Made by a program: the position numbers and the translations under genes. Positions 39,692 through 50,018 of a DNA stretch of 64,000 nucleotides are shown one piece after another. How positions within the stretch are numbered: the stretch's first letter is position 1; each line of letters begins with the position of its first letter. The notes under the pieces were generated by a model that saw only the letters and a list, made by a program, of their open reading frames with translations, had not been told where the DNA came from and searched no databases. Source of the DNA: Clostridiales bacterium (GTDB lineage: Bacteria > Bacillota > Clostridia > Oscillospirales > Oscillospiraceae); the NCBI GenBank assembly GCA_012838345.1, contig DUPK01000063.1:8738-72737 (forward strand), written 5' to 3'.

Positions 39692-40564
39692 ATGGAGCTG
39701 CGCGAAAAGGCCTATGCAAAACTGAATCTCGGACTTGACGTACTTCGCAGGATGGATGACGGATACCACGAAGTGCTCACCGTCATGCAGAGCGTAAGCC
39801 TCTGCGACGAAATCCGGCTTAAGCTCGCAGGCGGGGAGACAATTACCGCGAGCACCAACCTCAAATATCTCCCTAAAGGCGAGAAGAACATGGCGGTCAG
39901 AGCGGCGCTCCTCTTTTTCGAGAGGACGGGCTTGCCCGTCCGCGGCGGAGAGATTGAGATTGACAAGAGCATCCCGGTCGGCGCGGGAATGGCGGGCGGC
40001 AGCTCCGACGCCGCCGCCGTCCTTCGGGCGCTGAACAGGGCTTTTCAGGCGGGGCTTTCTAGGCCCGAGCTTGAGGCGTTGGCGCTTGAGCTCGGCTCGG
40101 ACGTGCCCTTCTGCGTGACAGGCGGCACGGTGCTCTGCCGCGGCAGGGGAGAGATAATGACCGATTTGCCGCCTATGCCGAAGTGCTGGGCCGTCATATG
40201 CAAGCCGCCCTTTTCTATCTCGACTCCCGAACTTTTTTCAATCATCAACTGCGGGAAAATTAAAATCCGCCCGGATATGGACGGGATTATAAAGGGCATA
40301 GAGCGCGGCGATTTGGCGCAGATAGCAAGGCGCATATACAATGTGCTTGAGGACTTTTTGCCTCCGCAGTACTCCGAGGTGAAGGTGATAAAGTCAAAGC
40401 TCATCGATTTGGGCGCGCTCGGCGCCTCGATGACGGGTACGGGCTCCGCCGTTTACGGGCTGTTCGACAGTCAGGATGCCGCCCGAAGCGCCTATGATGC
40501 GCTTAAAACACAGTACCGCGAGTGCCTTCTGGCGGTTACAACTGAAAAGCTTGGGCTCAATTGA
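39692..40564 (+). CDS. ispE: 4-(cytidine 5'-diphospho)-2-C-methyl-D-erythritol kinase
   Basis: AYAKLNLGLDVL.RR.DGYHE and the GHMP kinase motif IPVGAGMAGGSSDAAA. Confidence 0.95.
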   Translation: MELREKAYAKLNLGLDVLRRMDDGYHEVLTVMQSVSLCDEIRLKLAGGETITASTNLKYLPKGEKNMAVRAALLFFERTGLPVRGGEIEIDKSIPVGAGMAGGSSDAAAVLRALNRAFQAGLSRPELEALALELGSDVPFCVTGGTVLCRGRGEIMTDLPPMPKCWAVICKPPFSISTPELFSIINCGKIKIRPDMDGIIKGIERGDLAQIARRIYNVLEDFLPPQYSEVKVIKSKLIDLGALGASMTGTGSAVYGLFDSQDAARSAYDALKTQYRECLLAVTTEKLGLN

Positions 40565-40662
40565 ACAATAGCCCGTTGCAACAATCTTATATCCCTCATG
40601 TATAAAACCGATAAAAACCGTCGATACTTATGTAGGACATACATAGTATCGGCGGTGTTTTT

Positions 40663-41268
40663 ATGAAAATTAAAAAATGGGAAATTGCGCTTTTTGCCGC
40701 AATTCTGATTTCCGTATTCGTCGGCTCCCTGTCGCTTAGGCAGACGGAGCTCTCGGAGAACCTAATCAGGCTGCATGTGGTTGCAAACTCAAACAGCGAG
40801 GAGGACCAGAGCCTCAAGCTCTCCGTTCGCGATGCCGTGCTTGAAAAGCTCGATGAAATCCTTGAGGGCTGCAAGGATAAAGAGCAGGCCGAGGCCCTCA
40901 TTTTGAGCAACATCGATACGCTCACGCAGGCGGCGAGTGAGGTTATCTCCGAAAAGGGTGGGGAGTTCTCGGTTAATACCAGCCTGACCCGGGAGGTTTT
41001 CCCCAGGGTAAGCTACGAAAACTATACGCTTCCCGCGGGGAAGTACAGCTCGCTCCGGGTCGTCATCGGCGAGGGGGAGGGCGACAACTGGTGGTGCGTT
41101 ATCTTCCCGCCGCTCTGCTTTACAATTGCCGAGGACACCATTTCATACGAGGAGCTGGGGCTCAGCGACGAGACCCTCAGGATAATCTCCGAGGACTCGG
41201 AGGGCTATGTGGTAAAACTAAAGCTCCTTGAGTGGATTTCGGATATTAAGCTCTGGCTCGGCGGATAA
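40663..41268 (+). CDS. spoIIR: Stage II sporulation protein R
   Basis: N-terminal TM segment. LIRLHVVANSNSEEDQ.LKL.VRD and NWWCV.FPPLCF are diagnostic of SpoIIR. Confidence 0.93.
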   Translation: MKIKKWEIALFAAILISVFVGSLSLRQTELSENLIRLHVVANSNSEEDQSLKLSVRDAVLEKLDEILEGCKDKEQAEALILSNIDTLTQAASEVISEKGGEFSVNTSLTREVFPRVSYENYTLPAGKYSSLRVVIGEGEGDNWWCVIFPPLCFTIAEDTISYEELGLSDETLRIISEDSEGYVVKLKLLEWISDIKLWLGG

Positions 41269-41332
41269 ACTGGAGCTCCCCGCCGAAGCCCAAAACCTGC
41301 CTTTCACCGACAACATCTTATCCTCCCTTTAC

Positions 41333-41362
41333 GGTCCGCGCTTAAAAAGCGCGGGCCTTTTT
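41333..41362 (+). terminator. Rho-independent terminator after spoIIR
   Basis: ggtccgcgc-ttaaaaa-gcgcgggcc (9 bp, one G-U) followed by ttttt. Confidence 0.75.
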
Positions 41363-41454
41363 GTTGTTGGTAATGTAAAATCGCCTTAAAACCTGTGATT
41401 GGGATTTAATTTTTGATATAATAAAGGCAATTTAGATGTTTAGGCGGTGAGGCA

Positions 41455-44400
41455 ATGCTGACGCTTGTCACGGGCAGGGCGCGGAGCGGAAAAACGAGCT
41501 ACGTAATGAAGGAAATCAAAAAGAGAGTGGACTTAAAGCACGGGGGCAATATACTCCTCGTGCCCGAGCAGTATTCGCACCAGAGCGCGAGGGCGCTCTC
41601 CGAGTACTGCGGCGACAGCCTGAGCCTCTACGGCGAGGAGCTGACCTTCTCGCTGCTCTCCGACCGTGTGCTCGCCGAAACAGGCGGAATGGCGGAGACG
41701 CTGCTTGACGAGGGCGGGCGAATATTGGTTATGGCCCTCGCATTTGCAAGTGTGCAGCCGAGCCTTAAGCTCTACGGCGGGGTATCGGCAAGGTCGGAGT
41801 TCCTCTCGGGGCTTTTGAAAACCCTGGACGAGCTTCGCAGCTGCCGCATTTCACCCACGGAACTTGCGGAAAAGGGCGCTTCTGAGGGTGCGCTTGCCGA
41901 CAAGCTCCACGACCTTGCTCTCATCTGCGAGGCATACAATGCGATATTGGAAAGCAGCCTGCGCGACCCGGCGGAGCGCCTTGACAGGCTCGCGGAGAAG
42001 ATAGGAGAGAGCAGCATCGGCGGCGGACATATATACATAGACGGCTTTTCGGACTTCACCGCGCAGGAGCTTGAGGTCATAAGGGAGCTTATGAAAAAGG
42101 GCGCGGAGCTCACCATTACTCTCCCCGCCGGAGAGGAGGAGGTCTTTCAGCTGTCCGAGAGCACGCGCCGTCGCCTTGTTCGGATGGCAGACAGCCTTGG
42201 GGTGCCCTGCAGGACGGTTAGGCTTTCGCCCATCAAGGGCGTGGCGGCACCGGAGCTTGAGTATCTTGAGCGGAAGCTCTTTACCACCGATAAAGCCCCG
42301 TTTGAGGGCGAAAAGGGCGCCGTTTCCCTCATATCCGCCGAAACCCCGGGCTCCGAGTGCGAAATCGCGGCGGCGGAGCTTATCCGCCTTGTGCGCGACG
42401 AGGGCTACAGGTGGCGCGAGCTTGCAGTCACCGCAAGAGGCTTTGAAAACTACGAGGCCCTGCTTGAAAACACCTTTGCAAAATACGGCATACCGCTGTT
42501 TTTAAACAGGAAAACCGACATACTGCAAAAGCCGGTCCTCTGCCTTATAAGCTCGGCTATGGACGCCGTGACAAGGGGCTGGGACTACCTGAGCATGTTC
42601 CGTTATCTTAAAACGGGGCTGGCGGGAATATCTCCCGAAGAGTGCGACTTGCTCGAAAACTACGTGCTCAAGTGGAACATAAAGGGCGTCAAGACCTGGA
42701 GTAGCGAGGAACCGTGGAGCTACAACCCGCGCGGCTACGTCTCGGAGTACTTGGACAGCGACAGGGAGCTGCTTTCCGAGATTGACAGGATAAGAAAAAT
42801 CGCGGCGCAGCCCTTAAAACGCTACCACGAGGCCGCGAAATCAGCCGGAACCGCGACGGGACAGATAAAGGCGCTCTATTCCTTCATGGAAGAGATAGCC
42901 CTGGCCGAGCGCCTTGAGGAGAAGACGAGCCGCTTTAGGGAGATTGGGCGCGAGGCGACCGCCGAGGAGTACTCGCAGCTCTGGGACATCCTCGTGGAGG
43001 TCTTGGAGCAGTGCATGGCAATCCTCGGAGAGCTCCCGATGGACGTCGAGGAGTTTTCTAGGCTCCTTAAGCTCGTACTCTCAAAATACGACGTGTCGAC
43101 CATACCCGTGTCGCTCGACGCGGTGCAGGCCGGCGACATGACGCGCATGCGCGTCGGCAGGGTAAAATGCCTTATCGTGCTCGGCGCGACTGACGATTCA
43201 CTGCCGATGGTCGGGGAGGGCGCGGGAGTGCTCACCGACACCGAGCGGGAGAGGCTCCTTGAGCTCGGGTTTGAGCTGACTGGCGGCACCGGCGAGCGCA
43301 TCTCAAGGGAAATGCAGACAATCTACTCCTGCCTTGCCATGCCGACGGAGCGGCTAATGGTTTCCTACCCCAAAACGGCGGGCGGGGCCAAAAAGCGCCC
43401 CTCGTACATAGTGGGGCGAATCAAATCTTTGCTTAACATACCCCTTGCCGACGAAAGGGAGCTCGGCGACACTTTCCGCACAGCGGCGGAGGCGCCCTGC
43501 TTCGAGTTTGCCGTAACGGGCCGAAAAACTCCGCTTGCCCTAGCCGCGAGAGCAGTGTTCGAGCGCTCGCCCGAGAGAAGGGCGATGCTTGATAAAGCGC
43601 TTGCCGCAGCGGCGGCGGAGCGCGGCTCGCTCCAATCGGCGTCGGTCGAGAGCATCTACGGCAAAAGGCTCAGGCTCACGGCTTCGCGCGTGGACAGGTT
43701 CTACTCCTGCAAGTTTTCCTACTTCATGCAGTACGGCCTAAAGGCAAAGCCCCGGCTTAAAGCAGAGCTAGACGCGCCGGAGGTGGGCACCTTTTTGCAC
43801 TTTGTGCTTGAAAACGTCATAGGCGAGCTGCGGGAGAAAGGTGCGCTCAAGACGGCGGAGAGGGAGGAGTACCGGAGCCTTACCGAGAAGTTCGTCACCC
43901 TCTACGCCCAAAACCGCCTGGGTGGCCTGGATAATAAAAGCGGGCGGTTTAGATACCTCTTTAACCGCCTTGTGAGGGACGTTTACACAATTATCGACGA
44001 CATTGTAGAGGAGCTGAAAAGCTCCGACTTCATCCCGCTCAGCTTTGAGCTTGAATTCGGCGGGGAGGCGATGCCGGCCGCCGTGGTGAGGGACGGTGAC
44101 GTTGAAATCTCGGTCAGCGGCATCGTCGACCGTGTCGACGGCTGGCTGCACGACGGTAAGCTATATCTGCGCGTTGTCGATTACAAGACCGGAAAAAAGT
44201 CCTTCGACCTCTCGGACGTCTGGTACGGCTTGGGGATGCAGATGCTCATTTACCTCTTCACGCTTGAAAAGCACGGGAAAAGGTTTTACGGGCACGAGAT
44301 AGTGCCCGCCGGCGTCCTGTACGCGCCTGCGCGCGATGTTTACCTGAGCCTCCCGAGGAGCGCCACTGACGAGGAAATCAGGAAAGCGCGGGCAAAGACG

Positions 44401-44781
44401 CTCATGCGCAGCGGCCTTATCCTCAACGACGAGGAAGTCATAGAGGCGATGGAGCGGGGAGATAAGAAGTTCATTCCAATTAAGCTCACAAAGGACGGCA
44501 AACTGAAGCCAGAAAACCTCGCGACGCTGGAGCAGCTCGGGAAGCTCGGCGCGCATATAGAGGAGACGCTGCGCAACATCGGGCGCGAGCTGCAGTGCGG
44601 CAACATAGAGGCCGACCCCTTCTTTAAGGCTGGCATGAGCCCCTGTGATTACTGCGACTATATAGAGGCCTGCCTCTTTGACGAGGAGAGGGACAGGCGG
44701 CGCAGGCTGAGGCACAGGAAGGCTGAGGAGATATGGATAGAGCTTGAAAAGAAAGGGGGCGCTGTAGATGGGCAAAATTAG
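41455..44781 (+). CDS. addB: Helicase-exonuclease AddAB, subunit AddB
   Basis: 1108 aa with an N-terminal GRARSGKT Walker A. The C-terminal PD-(D/E)XK nuclease domain (VDYKTGK) has iron-sulfur cysteines (CDYCDY..AC). It is immediately upstream of addA and overlaps it. Confidence 0.92.
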   Translation: MLTLVTGRARSGKTSYVMKEIKKRVDLKHGGNILLVPEQYSHQSARALSEYCGDSLSLYGEELTFSLLSDRVLAETGGMAETLLDEGGRILVMALAFASVQPSLKLYGGVSARSEFLSGLLKTLDELRSCRISPTELAEKGASEGALADKLHDLALICEAYNAILESSLRDPAERLDRLAEKIGESSIGGGHIYIDGFSDFTAQELEVIRELMKKGAELTITLPAGEEEVFQLSESTRRRLVRMADSLGVPCRTVRLSPIKGVAAPELEYLERKLFTTDKAPFEGEKGAVSLISAETPGSECEIAAAELIRLVRDEGYRWRELAVTARGFENYEALLENTFAKYGIPLFLNRKTDILQKPVLCLISSAMDAVTRGWDYLSMFRYLKTGLAGISPEECDLLENYVLKWNIKGVKTWSSEEPWSYNPRGYVSEYLDSDRELLSEIDRIRKIAAQPLKRYHEAAKSAGTATGQIKALYSFMEEIALAERLEEKTSRFREIGREATAEEYSQLWDILVEVLEQCMAILGELPMDVEEFSRLLKLVLSKYDVSTIPVSLDAVQAGDMTRMRVGRVKCLIVLGATDDSLPMVGEGAGVLTDTERERLLELGFELTGGTGERISREMQTIYSCLAMPTERLMVSYPKTAGGAKKRPSYIVGRIKSLLNIPLADERELGDTFRTAAEAPCFEFAVTGRKTPLALAARAVFERSPERRAMLDKALAAAAAERGSLQSASVESIYGKRLRLTASRVDRFYSCKFSYFMQYGLKAKPRLKAELDAPEVGTFLHFVLENVIGELREKGALKTAEREEYRSLTEKFVTLYAQNRLGGLDNKSGRFRYLFNRLVRDVYTIIDDIVEELKSSDFIPLSFELEFGGEAMPAAVVRDGDVEISVSGIVDRVDGWLHDGKLYLRVVDYKTGKKSFDLSDVWYGLGMQMLIYLFTLEKHGKRFYGHEIVPAGVLYAPARDVYLSLPRSATDEEIRKARAKTLMRSGLILNDEEVIEAMERGDKKFIPIKLTKDGKLKPENLATLEQLGKLGAHIEETLRNIGRELQCGNIEADPFFKAGMSPCDYCDYIEACLFDEERDRRRRLRHRKAEEIWIELEKKGGAVDGQN

Positions 44782-47700
44782 TTTCACCGAGAGCCAGCGC
44801 GCCGCAATAGAAAACCGCGGCGGGGCGCTCCTTGTTGCGGCGGCGGCCGGCTCAGGCAAGACGAAGGTCCTGGTCGAGAGGCTGCTCTCGCGCGTGACGG
44901 ACAGGCAAAACCCGAAGGATATAGACAAGTTCCTCGTCATAACCTACACCAAGGCCGCTGCGGCGGAGCTTCGCTCGAGGATACTCGACGAGATAAACGA
45001 GCTTCTTGCAGAGGAACCGGAAAACAGGACCCTTGCGCGCCAGTCGGCGCTTGTCTACAAGGCCCCCATTTCAACGATACACTCCTTTTGCTCGAGCCTC
45101 CTTCGCGAAAACGCGCAGCTTCTCGGCATCTCGCCGGAGTTTCGCGTCATGGAGGACGAGGAGAGCGGCACCGTAAAGCACCGCGTTTTAAGCGGCGTTT
45201 TGGACGACTGGTACGAGCGCATGGAAGAAGACTTCATGCAGCTTGTCGATACGATGGCGGCGGGCAGGGACGACCAGAAGCTCCCGCTGCTCGTGCTGGA
45301 TTTGTACACGAAGCTAAAAAGCCACCCCAACCCCGAAAAATGGGCGGCGGGAAGGCTTGCCGAGCTTGAAAACTGCGGCGGCTGCCGTGATGCCGCCGAA
45401 ACCTCCTGGGGCAGGTCGATACTTGATTACGCCAAATCCTGCGCCGGGTACTGGCTTGAGACCTTTTCCCGCGCCGAGCGCATGGTATATGAGGACGAAA
45501 TAATCGCAAGGGCCTACGGAGAGAGCTTCAGCGGCACACGAGCTTCGCTCGAGAGCTTTAATAAAGCGCTCGAGGGCGGCTGGGACAAGGCGCGCGCGGC
45601 GCTGCCGATTGAGTTTCCGAGGCTTAAGCCCCTGCGCGGCTACTCGGGCCCCGAAGTGGATGAAGTTAAGCGCGTGCGCGAGCTCTGTAAGAAGGCGATG
45701 GAAAAGCTCGCGGAAATCTTCGACTGTTCGTCCGCGGAGCTCATGGAGGATATGGCGGCGGTGCTACCGCCGGTGAGAGCCCTGTTTTCGCTCACGCTTG
45801 ACTTCGACAGGGCCTACTCGGAGGAAAAAGCAAGGCTCCGCGCCCTTGATTTCAGCGACCTCGAGCACCTTGCGATAAAGCTCCTCACCGATGAAAGCTT
45901 TGCGCCGAGCGAAAAGGGCGTGGAGATTTCAGAGCGCTTTGAGGAGATTATGGTGGACGAATATCAGGACGCAAACGAGATACAGGACATCTTGTTCAGC
46001 GCCCTCTCCAGAGGCGGCAGAAACCTCTTCATGGTTGGGGACGTAAAGCAGTCGATTTACCGCTTCCGCCTTGCCGACCCGACGATATTCCTGCGGAAGT
46101 ACGCAGCATTCAAAGACTTGAAAGGGGCAAAAGAGGGCGAGCCGAGAAAGGTTGTCCTGCGGGAGAACTTCAGGTCGCGCCAAAACGTGCTCGACGCCGT
46201 CAACTTCGTCTTTGAAAACATAATGTCGAAGAGCTTCGGCGAGATGGACTATACCGAGCGCGAGAAGCTCAATTACGGGAAAAAGGACTACCCCGAGAGC
46301 GAAGTCATGGCCTTTGAGCTCGACCTGATTGAGGTGCCGAGCGGCGATGAGGAAGCAGATTACGACAAAACGGAAATTGAAGCCGCCCTCGTCGCAAGGC
46401 GAATCAGGGAGCTTGTTGACGGCGGTCTGCTCATATCTGGCGAAGAGGGTCAGAGGGGGGTGTCCTACGGCGATATTGCAATATTGCTTCGCAGCGTAAA
46501 GAACAAGGCGGAGGTCTACGCCAAGGCGCTGCGGGAGCTTAACATACCCTATGAAAGCGACAAGGCCTCCGAGTTCTGGAGCAAAAGCGAGGTAATAGTC
46601 ATGGTCTCGCTTCTCTCCGTCGTTGACAACCCGCGGCAGGACGTGCCTCTCATCTCCGTACTGCGCTCGCCGCTTTTCGGCTTTACTCCCGACGAGCTTG
46701 TTATGATACGCACCGCGGACAGGGAATCGGATTTCTACGCGGCGCTTACGAAGGCCGCCGGGACTTCGGAAAAATGCGCGCGATTTCTCGAGTTTCTCGG
46801 CGAGCTCAGGCTCACGGCCTCCGAGATGCCGAGCGACGAGTTTCTATGGCATGTTTACACGCGAACAAAAGCCCTTGCAATTTTCGGCGCGATGAGCGGC
46901 GGAGCGGAGCGCAAAACGAACCTCATGGTGCTACTGGACCTTGCGCGGCAGTTTGAAAGCGCGGGCTACAAGGGGCTTTTCGATTTCTTAAACCAGCTTA
47001 AAAGCCTGATGGAGCGCGGCGGGGAGCCCCCGGTTTCAAACGGTCAGGCCGCCGTAAACGCCGTCAGGATAACGAGCATACACAAGTCGAAGGGGCTTGA
47101 GTACCCTGTCGTCATACTTGCCGACACCTCGAAGCGCTTTAACATGGACGACACGAAAAAGCAGCTTTTAATCCACCCGGACCTCGGCGTCGGCCCGAAA
47201 AGGCTGGATTTAAGGCGCGGCATAGAGTACACCACGCTCCCGCGCATGGCGATTGCAAGGAAGATGAGGGACGAGCTGCTTGCCGAGGAGCTTCGGCTTC
47301 TCTATGTGGCAATGACAAGGGCGAGGGAAAAGCTCATAGTGACCTGCGCAGCTAAAAATACCGAAAAACTCATAGAGCGCCTGAGGCCTGCGGCCACGGC
47401 TCCCATAGCCCCGCAGTTTCTCTCCGAGTGCTCGTCCATGGCGGAGTGGCTGCTGCTTTGCGCTTTGCTCCGCAAGGAATCAAGCGCCCTTCCCGGCGCC
47501 GAGACCGCGCGCCTGCCGGAGCTGGCCGACAGCCCATGGGATATTCGCTACATAAGCCCCGAAACCTATGAAAAGGCGCAGGCTGGCGCCGGGACCGAAG
47601 CAAGCGAGGCGCCCGCGGAGGCCGATGAGGCGATGGTCGAAGAAATCGAGAGAAGGCTCGGTTTCAGCTATCCATACGAGCTTGCGACTAGGTTGCCCTC

Positions 47701-48343
47701 AAAGCTCACGGCCACGGAACTCAAAGGGCGTTTCCTCGACAGGGAGGCCGCCGAGGAAGCTGAGCAGCTTGAAAAGCCGGAGAAAAGGTATGTGTTCAGG
47801 CGCCCGAACTTCGAGGTGATGGAAACGCCGCTCACCGCCATAGAGCGCGGAATTGCCCTGCACCTCGTCATGCAGTACATAGACTACAAAAAATGCAGCA
47901 GCCTGAGTGATATAGAGGCCGAGATAGAAAGGCTCACCCGGGATAGGTTCATCACCGAAAAGCAGGCGAAGGTCGTGCCTCCGGCTAAGATTTTAAACTT
48001 TTTCACCTCGCCGCTCGGGCGGGAGGTGCTTGACGCCGATAATCTTCGCCGCGAATTTAAGTTCTCCCTGCTCGTCCCGGCTTCCGACTACTTCCCGGGC
48101 GTTAAGGGCGATGAAAAAATACTCCTTCAGGGTGTGGTCGACTGCTGCTTTGAAAAGCAGGGCGAGTTAACCGTAATAGACTTCAAAACGGATTATGTCA
48201 CCAAAGACAGCCAGAACGAGAGGGCGGAGAGCTACAGACCGCAGATAGAGGCCTATTCAAAAGCGATGGAGCGCATAATGGGGCTGCCCGTGACAAGAAA
48301 GATTTTGTACTTCTTCAATACCGATTCGGCGGTTGAGCTTTAA
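44768..48343 (+). CDS. addA: Helicase-exonuclease AddAB, subunit AddA (UvrD/Rep-type helicase plus nuclease)
   Basis: Motifs AAAGSGKT, VDEYQD, VGD.KQSIY.FR and LYVAMTRA. The C-terminal nuclease is GVVDCCF....LTVIDFKTD. Length is 1191 aa. Confidence 0.95.
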   Translation: MGKISFTESQRAAIENRGGALLVAAAAGSGKTKVLVERLLSRVTDRQNPKDIDKFLVITYTKAAAAELRSRILDEINELLAEEPENRTLARQSALVYKAPISTIHSFCSSLLRENAQLLGISPEFRVMEDEESGTVKHRVLSGVLDDWYERMEEDFMQLVDTMAAGRDDQKLPLLVLDLYTKLKSHPNPEKWAAGRLAELENCGGCRDAAETSWGRSILDYAKSCAGYWLETFSRAERMVYEDEIIARAYGESFSGTRASLESFNKALEGGWDKARAALPIEFPRLKPLRGYSGPEVDEVKRVRELCKKAMEKLAEIFDCSSAELMEDMAAVLPPVRALFSLTLDFDRAYSEEKARLRALDFSDLEHLAIKLLTDESFAPSEKGVEISERFEEIMVDEYQDANEIQDILFSALSRGGRNLFMVGDVKQSIYRFRLADPTIFLRKYAAFKDLKGAKEGEPRKVVLRENFRSRQNVLDAVNFVFENIMSKSFGEMDYTEREKLNYGKKDYPESEVMAFELDLIEVPSGDEEADYDKTEIEAALVARRIRELVDGGLLISGEEGQRGVSYGDIAILLRSVKNKAEVYAKALRELNIPYESDKASEFWSKSEVIVMVSLLSVVDNPRQDVPLISVLRSPLFGFTPDELVMIRTADRESDFYAALTKAAGTSEKCARFLEFLGELRLTASEMPSDEFLWHVYTRTKALAIFGAMSGGAERKTNLMVLLDLARQFESAGYKGLFDFLNQLKSLMERGGEPPVSNGQAAVNAVRITSIHKSKGLEYPVVILADTSKRFNMDDTKKQLLIHPDLGVGPKRLDLRRGIEYTTLPRMAIARKMRDELLAEELRLLYVAMTRAREKLIVTCAAKNTEKLIERLRPAATAPIAPQFLSECSSMAEWLLLCALLRKESSALPGAETARLPELADSPWDIRYISPETYEKAQAGAGTEASEAPAEADEAMVEEIERRLGFSYPYELATRLPSKLTATELKGRFLDREAAEEAEQLEKPEKRYVFRRPNFEVMETPLTAIERGIALHLVMQYIDYKKCSSLSDIEAEIERLTRDRFITEKQAKVVPPAKILNFFTSPLGREVLDADNLRREFKFSLLVPASDYFPGVKGDEKILLQGVVDCCFEKQGELTVIDFKTDYVTKDSQNERAESYRPQIEAYSKAMERIMGLPVTRKILYFFNTDSAVEL

Positions 48344-48377
48344 GTACCCCTAATTCGGCTTGACTTCAAAAAAATAG

Positions 48378-48406
48378 TTGCAATTTGAACTATTGTATGT
48401 TAAAAT
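48378..48406 (+). promoter_or_regulatory. Candidate extended -10 promoter of rpmE
   Basis: TTGCAA (48378-48383), a 17-nt spacer ending in TGt, then TAAAAT (48401-48406). Confidence 0.5.
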
Positions 48407-48456
48407 ACCCTTTGCTGCAAAAACAGCGGTTTTCGGATAAGAAAGAGGTGAACATA

Positions 48457-48654
48457 ATGAAGGAAGGGATTCATCCCAACTATATGCAGACCACAGTAAG
48501 GTGCGCCTGCGGCGAGGTCTTTGAAACAGGTTCTACAAAAAAGGATATAAGGGTTGAAATCTGCTCAAAGTGTCACCCCTTTTTTACGGGCAAGCAGAAG
48601 CTTGTTGACACAAGTGGCCGTGTAGACAAGTTCAACAAGAAGTTTGGCCTGTAA
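48457..48654 (+). CDS. rpmE: 50S ribosomal protein L31 (Cys-containing, type A-like)
   Basis: MKEGIHPNY....V.CACG..FETGST.....[26 protein letters not shown] is canonical L31. The ATG at 48457 follows AAGAGG. The upstream part of the track ORF is dropped. Confidence 0.95.
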   Translation: MKEGIHPNYMQTTVRCACGEVFETGSTKKDIRVEICSKCHPFFTGKQKLVDTSGRVDKFNKKFGL

Positions 48655-48676
48655 TATACTTTGACTATTGAACCGG

Positions 48677-48707
48677 ATAACCTGCGCCAAAAGCGCGGGT
48701 TATTTTT
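48677..48707 (+). terminator. Rho-independent terminator after rpmE
   Basis: ataacctgcgc-caaaa-gcgcgggttat (11 bp, one G-U) running into tttttg. Confidence 0.8.
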
Positions 48708-48758
48708 GTATTAGCCGCCGCGCACCCAAGTTTAGGAGGTACGAGTACGGAAAAGATT

Positions 48759-50018
48759 GTGTATGAAAGAGCCGTGCTGGCGGGGCTTTCCGCTGACAGC
48801 ATGGCTGACCATGAGCGCTCGGATGAGACGAGCCTCGCAGAGCTCGAGGCCCTTTTGCAGACGGCGGGCGGCGAGTGCCGCGGTATTGTAATTCAGAGCA
48901 GGCCCGCCCCGGACCCACGCAGCTTCATCGGCGAGGGCAAGGTAAAGGAAATGAAAGCGCTCATAGAAGCTGAAAACTGCACCCTCGCGGTGTTTGACAA
49001 CGAGCTTTCGCCCTCCCAGATGCGCGCCCTTTCCGAGGATTTGGGCGTAAAGGTACTGGACAGGAGCGGGCTGATACTCGATATTTTCGCCCAGCGCGCG
49101 AGAACAAGGGAGGGTAAGCTCCAGGTTGAGCTTGCCCAGTATAAATACCTTCTCCCGCGTCTTGCCGGCATGTGGACCCACCTCGAGCGACAGGCGGCGA
49201 GCGGCACAAGCAGCCCGATTGGCACAAGGGGCCCGGGTGAGACGCAGCTTGAGACCGACAGGCGGCACATAAGGCGGAAGATTCAGAAGCTTGAGCAGGA
49301 GCTGGAAGCGGTGCGCAAGGTGAGGAGCACGCAGCGCCGATTGCGCGAGAAAAACAGCATGCCCGTCGTCGCGCTGGTCGGCTACACGAACGCGGGCAAA
49401 TCCACTCTCTTAAATAAGCTGACCGGCTCGAACATCTCGGCAAACGACAGGCTCTTCGATACGCTCGACACGACGACAAGAAGGCTGATGATAAGCGAAA
49501 CGCAGGAGGTCCTGCTCTCCGACACCGTCGGCTTTATTCGCAAGCTCCCGCACCATCTGATAGAGGCCTTCAAGGCGACCCTGGAGGAGCTTACCTATGC
49601 CGATTTGCTTTTGCATGTTATCGACGCTTCAAGCCCCGACTGGGAGCAGCAGTACAGGGTCGTGGAAGGGCTCATCAGGGAGCTGGGGGCTGAAAAGACG
49701 CCCCGTATAGACGTTTACAACAAGGTGGACAAATGCGCCGAAAGCATTCTTCCGCACGGTGAAAACAAGGTCGCGGTTTCCGCGCTGACCGGCGAGGGCA
49801 TAGAGGAGCTCATAAGGCGCATAAACGAGATTATCGGCAGAGAAAACCGCCGCGTGACGGTGCTTCTGCCCTATAAAAGCGCCGCCCTTCTGGAGATGCT
49901 CCACCGTGAGGCCTATGTGGAAAAGCTTCAGTACACGGACGAACACATAATCGTTGAGGCAATCTGCTCCCCGGAGACCTACGGAAAGCTGCGTGAATTT
50001 GTCTCGGAGGTGAAGTGA
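48759..50018 (+). CDS. hflX: GTPase HflX
   Basis: HflX N-terminal domain (IGEGKV.E......E......FD.ELSP.Q.R.L). GTPase motifs are VALVGYTNAGKSTLLN, SDTVGFI and NKVD. Confidence 0.95.
   Translation: MYERAVLAGLSADSMADHERSDETSLAELEALLQTAGGECRGIVIQSRPAPDPRSFIGEGKVKEMKALIEAENCTLAVFDNELSPSQMRALSEDLGVKVLDRSGLILDIFAQRARTREGKLQVELAQYKYLLPRLAGMWTHLERQAASGTSSPIGTRGPGETQLETDRRHIRRKIQKLEQELEAVRKVRSTQRRLREKNSMPVVALVGYTNAGKSTLLNKLTGSNISANDRLFDTLDTTTRRLMISETQEVLLSDTVGFIRKLPHHLIEAFKATLEELTYADLLLHVIDASSPDWEQQYRVVEGLIRELGAEKTPRIDVYNKVDKCAESILPHGENKVAVSALTGEGIEELIRRINEIIGRENRRVTVLLPYKSAALLEMLHREAYVEKLQYTDEHIIVEAICSPETYGKLREFVSEVK

Noticed and set aside
41455-48343. AddAB considered as part of a defence or anti-phage island
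   Set aside because: It is the standard Firmicute double-strand-break repair helicase-nuclease, flanked by housekeeping genes (spoIIR, rpmE, hflX). No adjacent restriction, abortive-infection or other defence-type genes are present.
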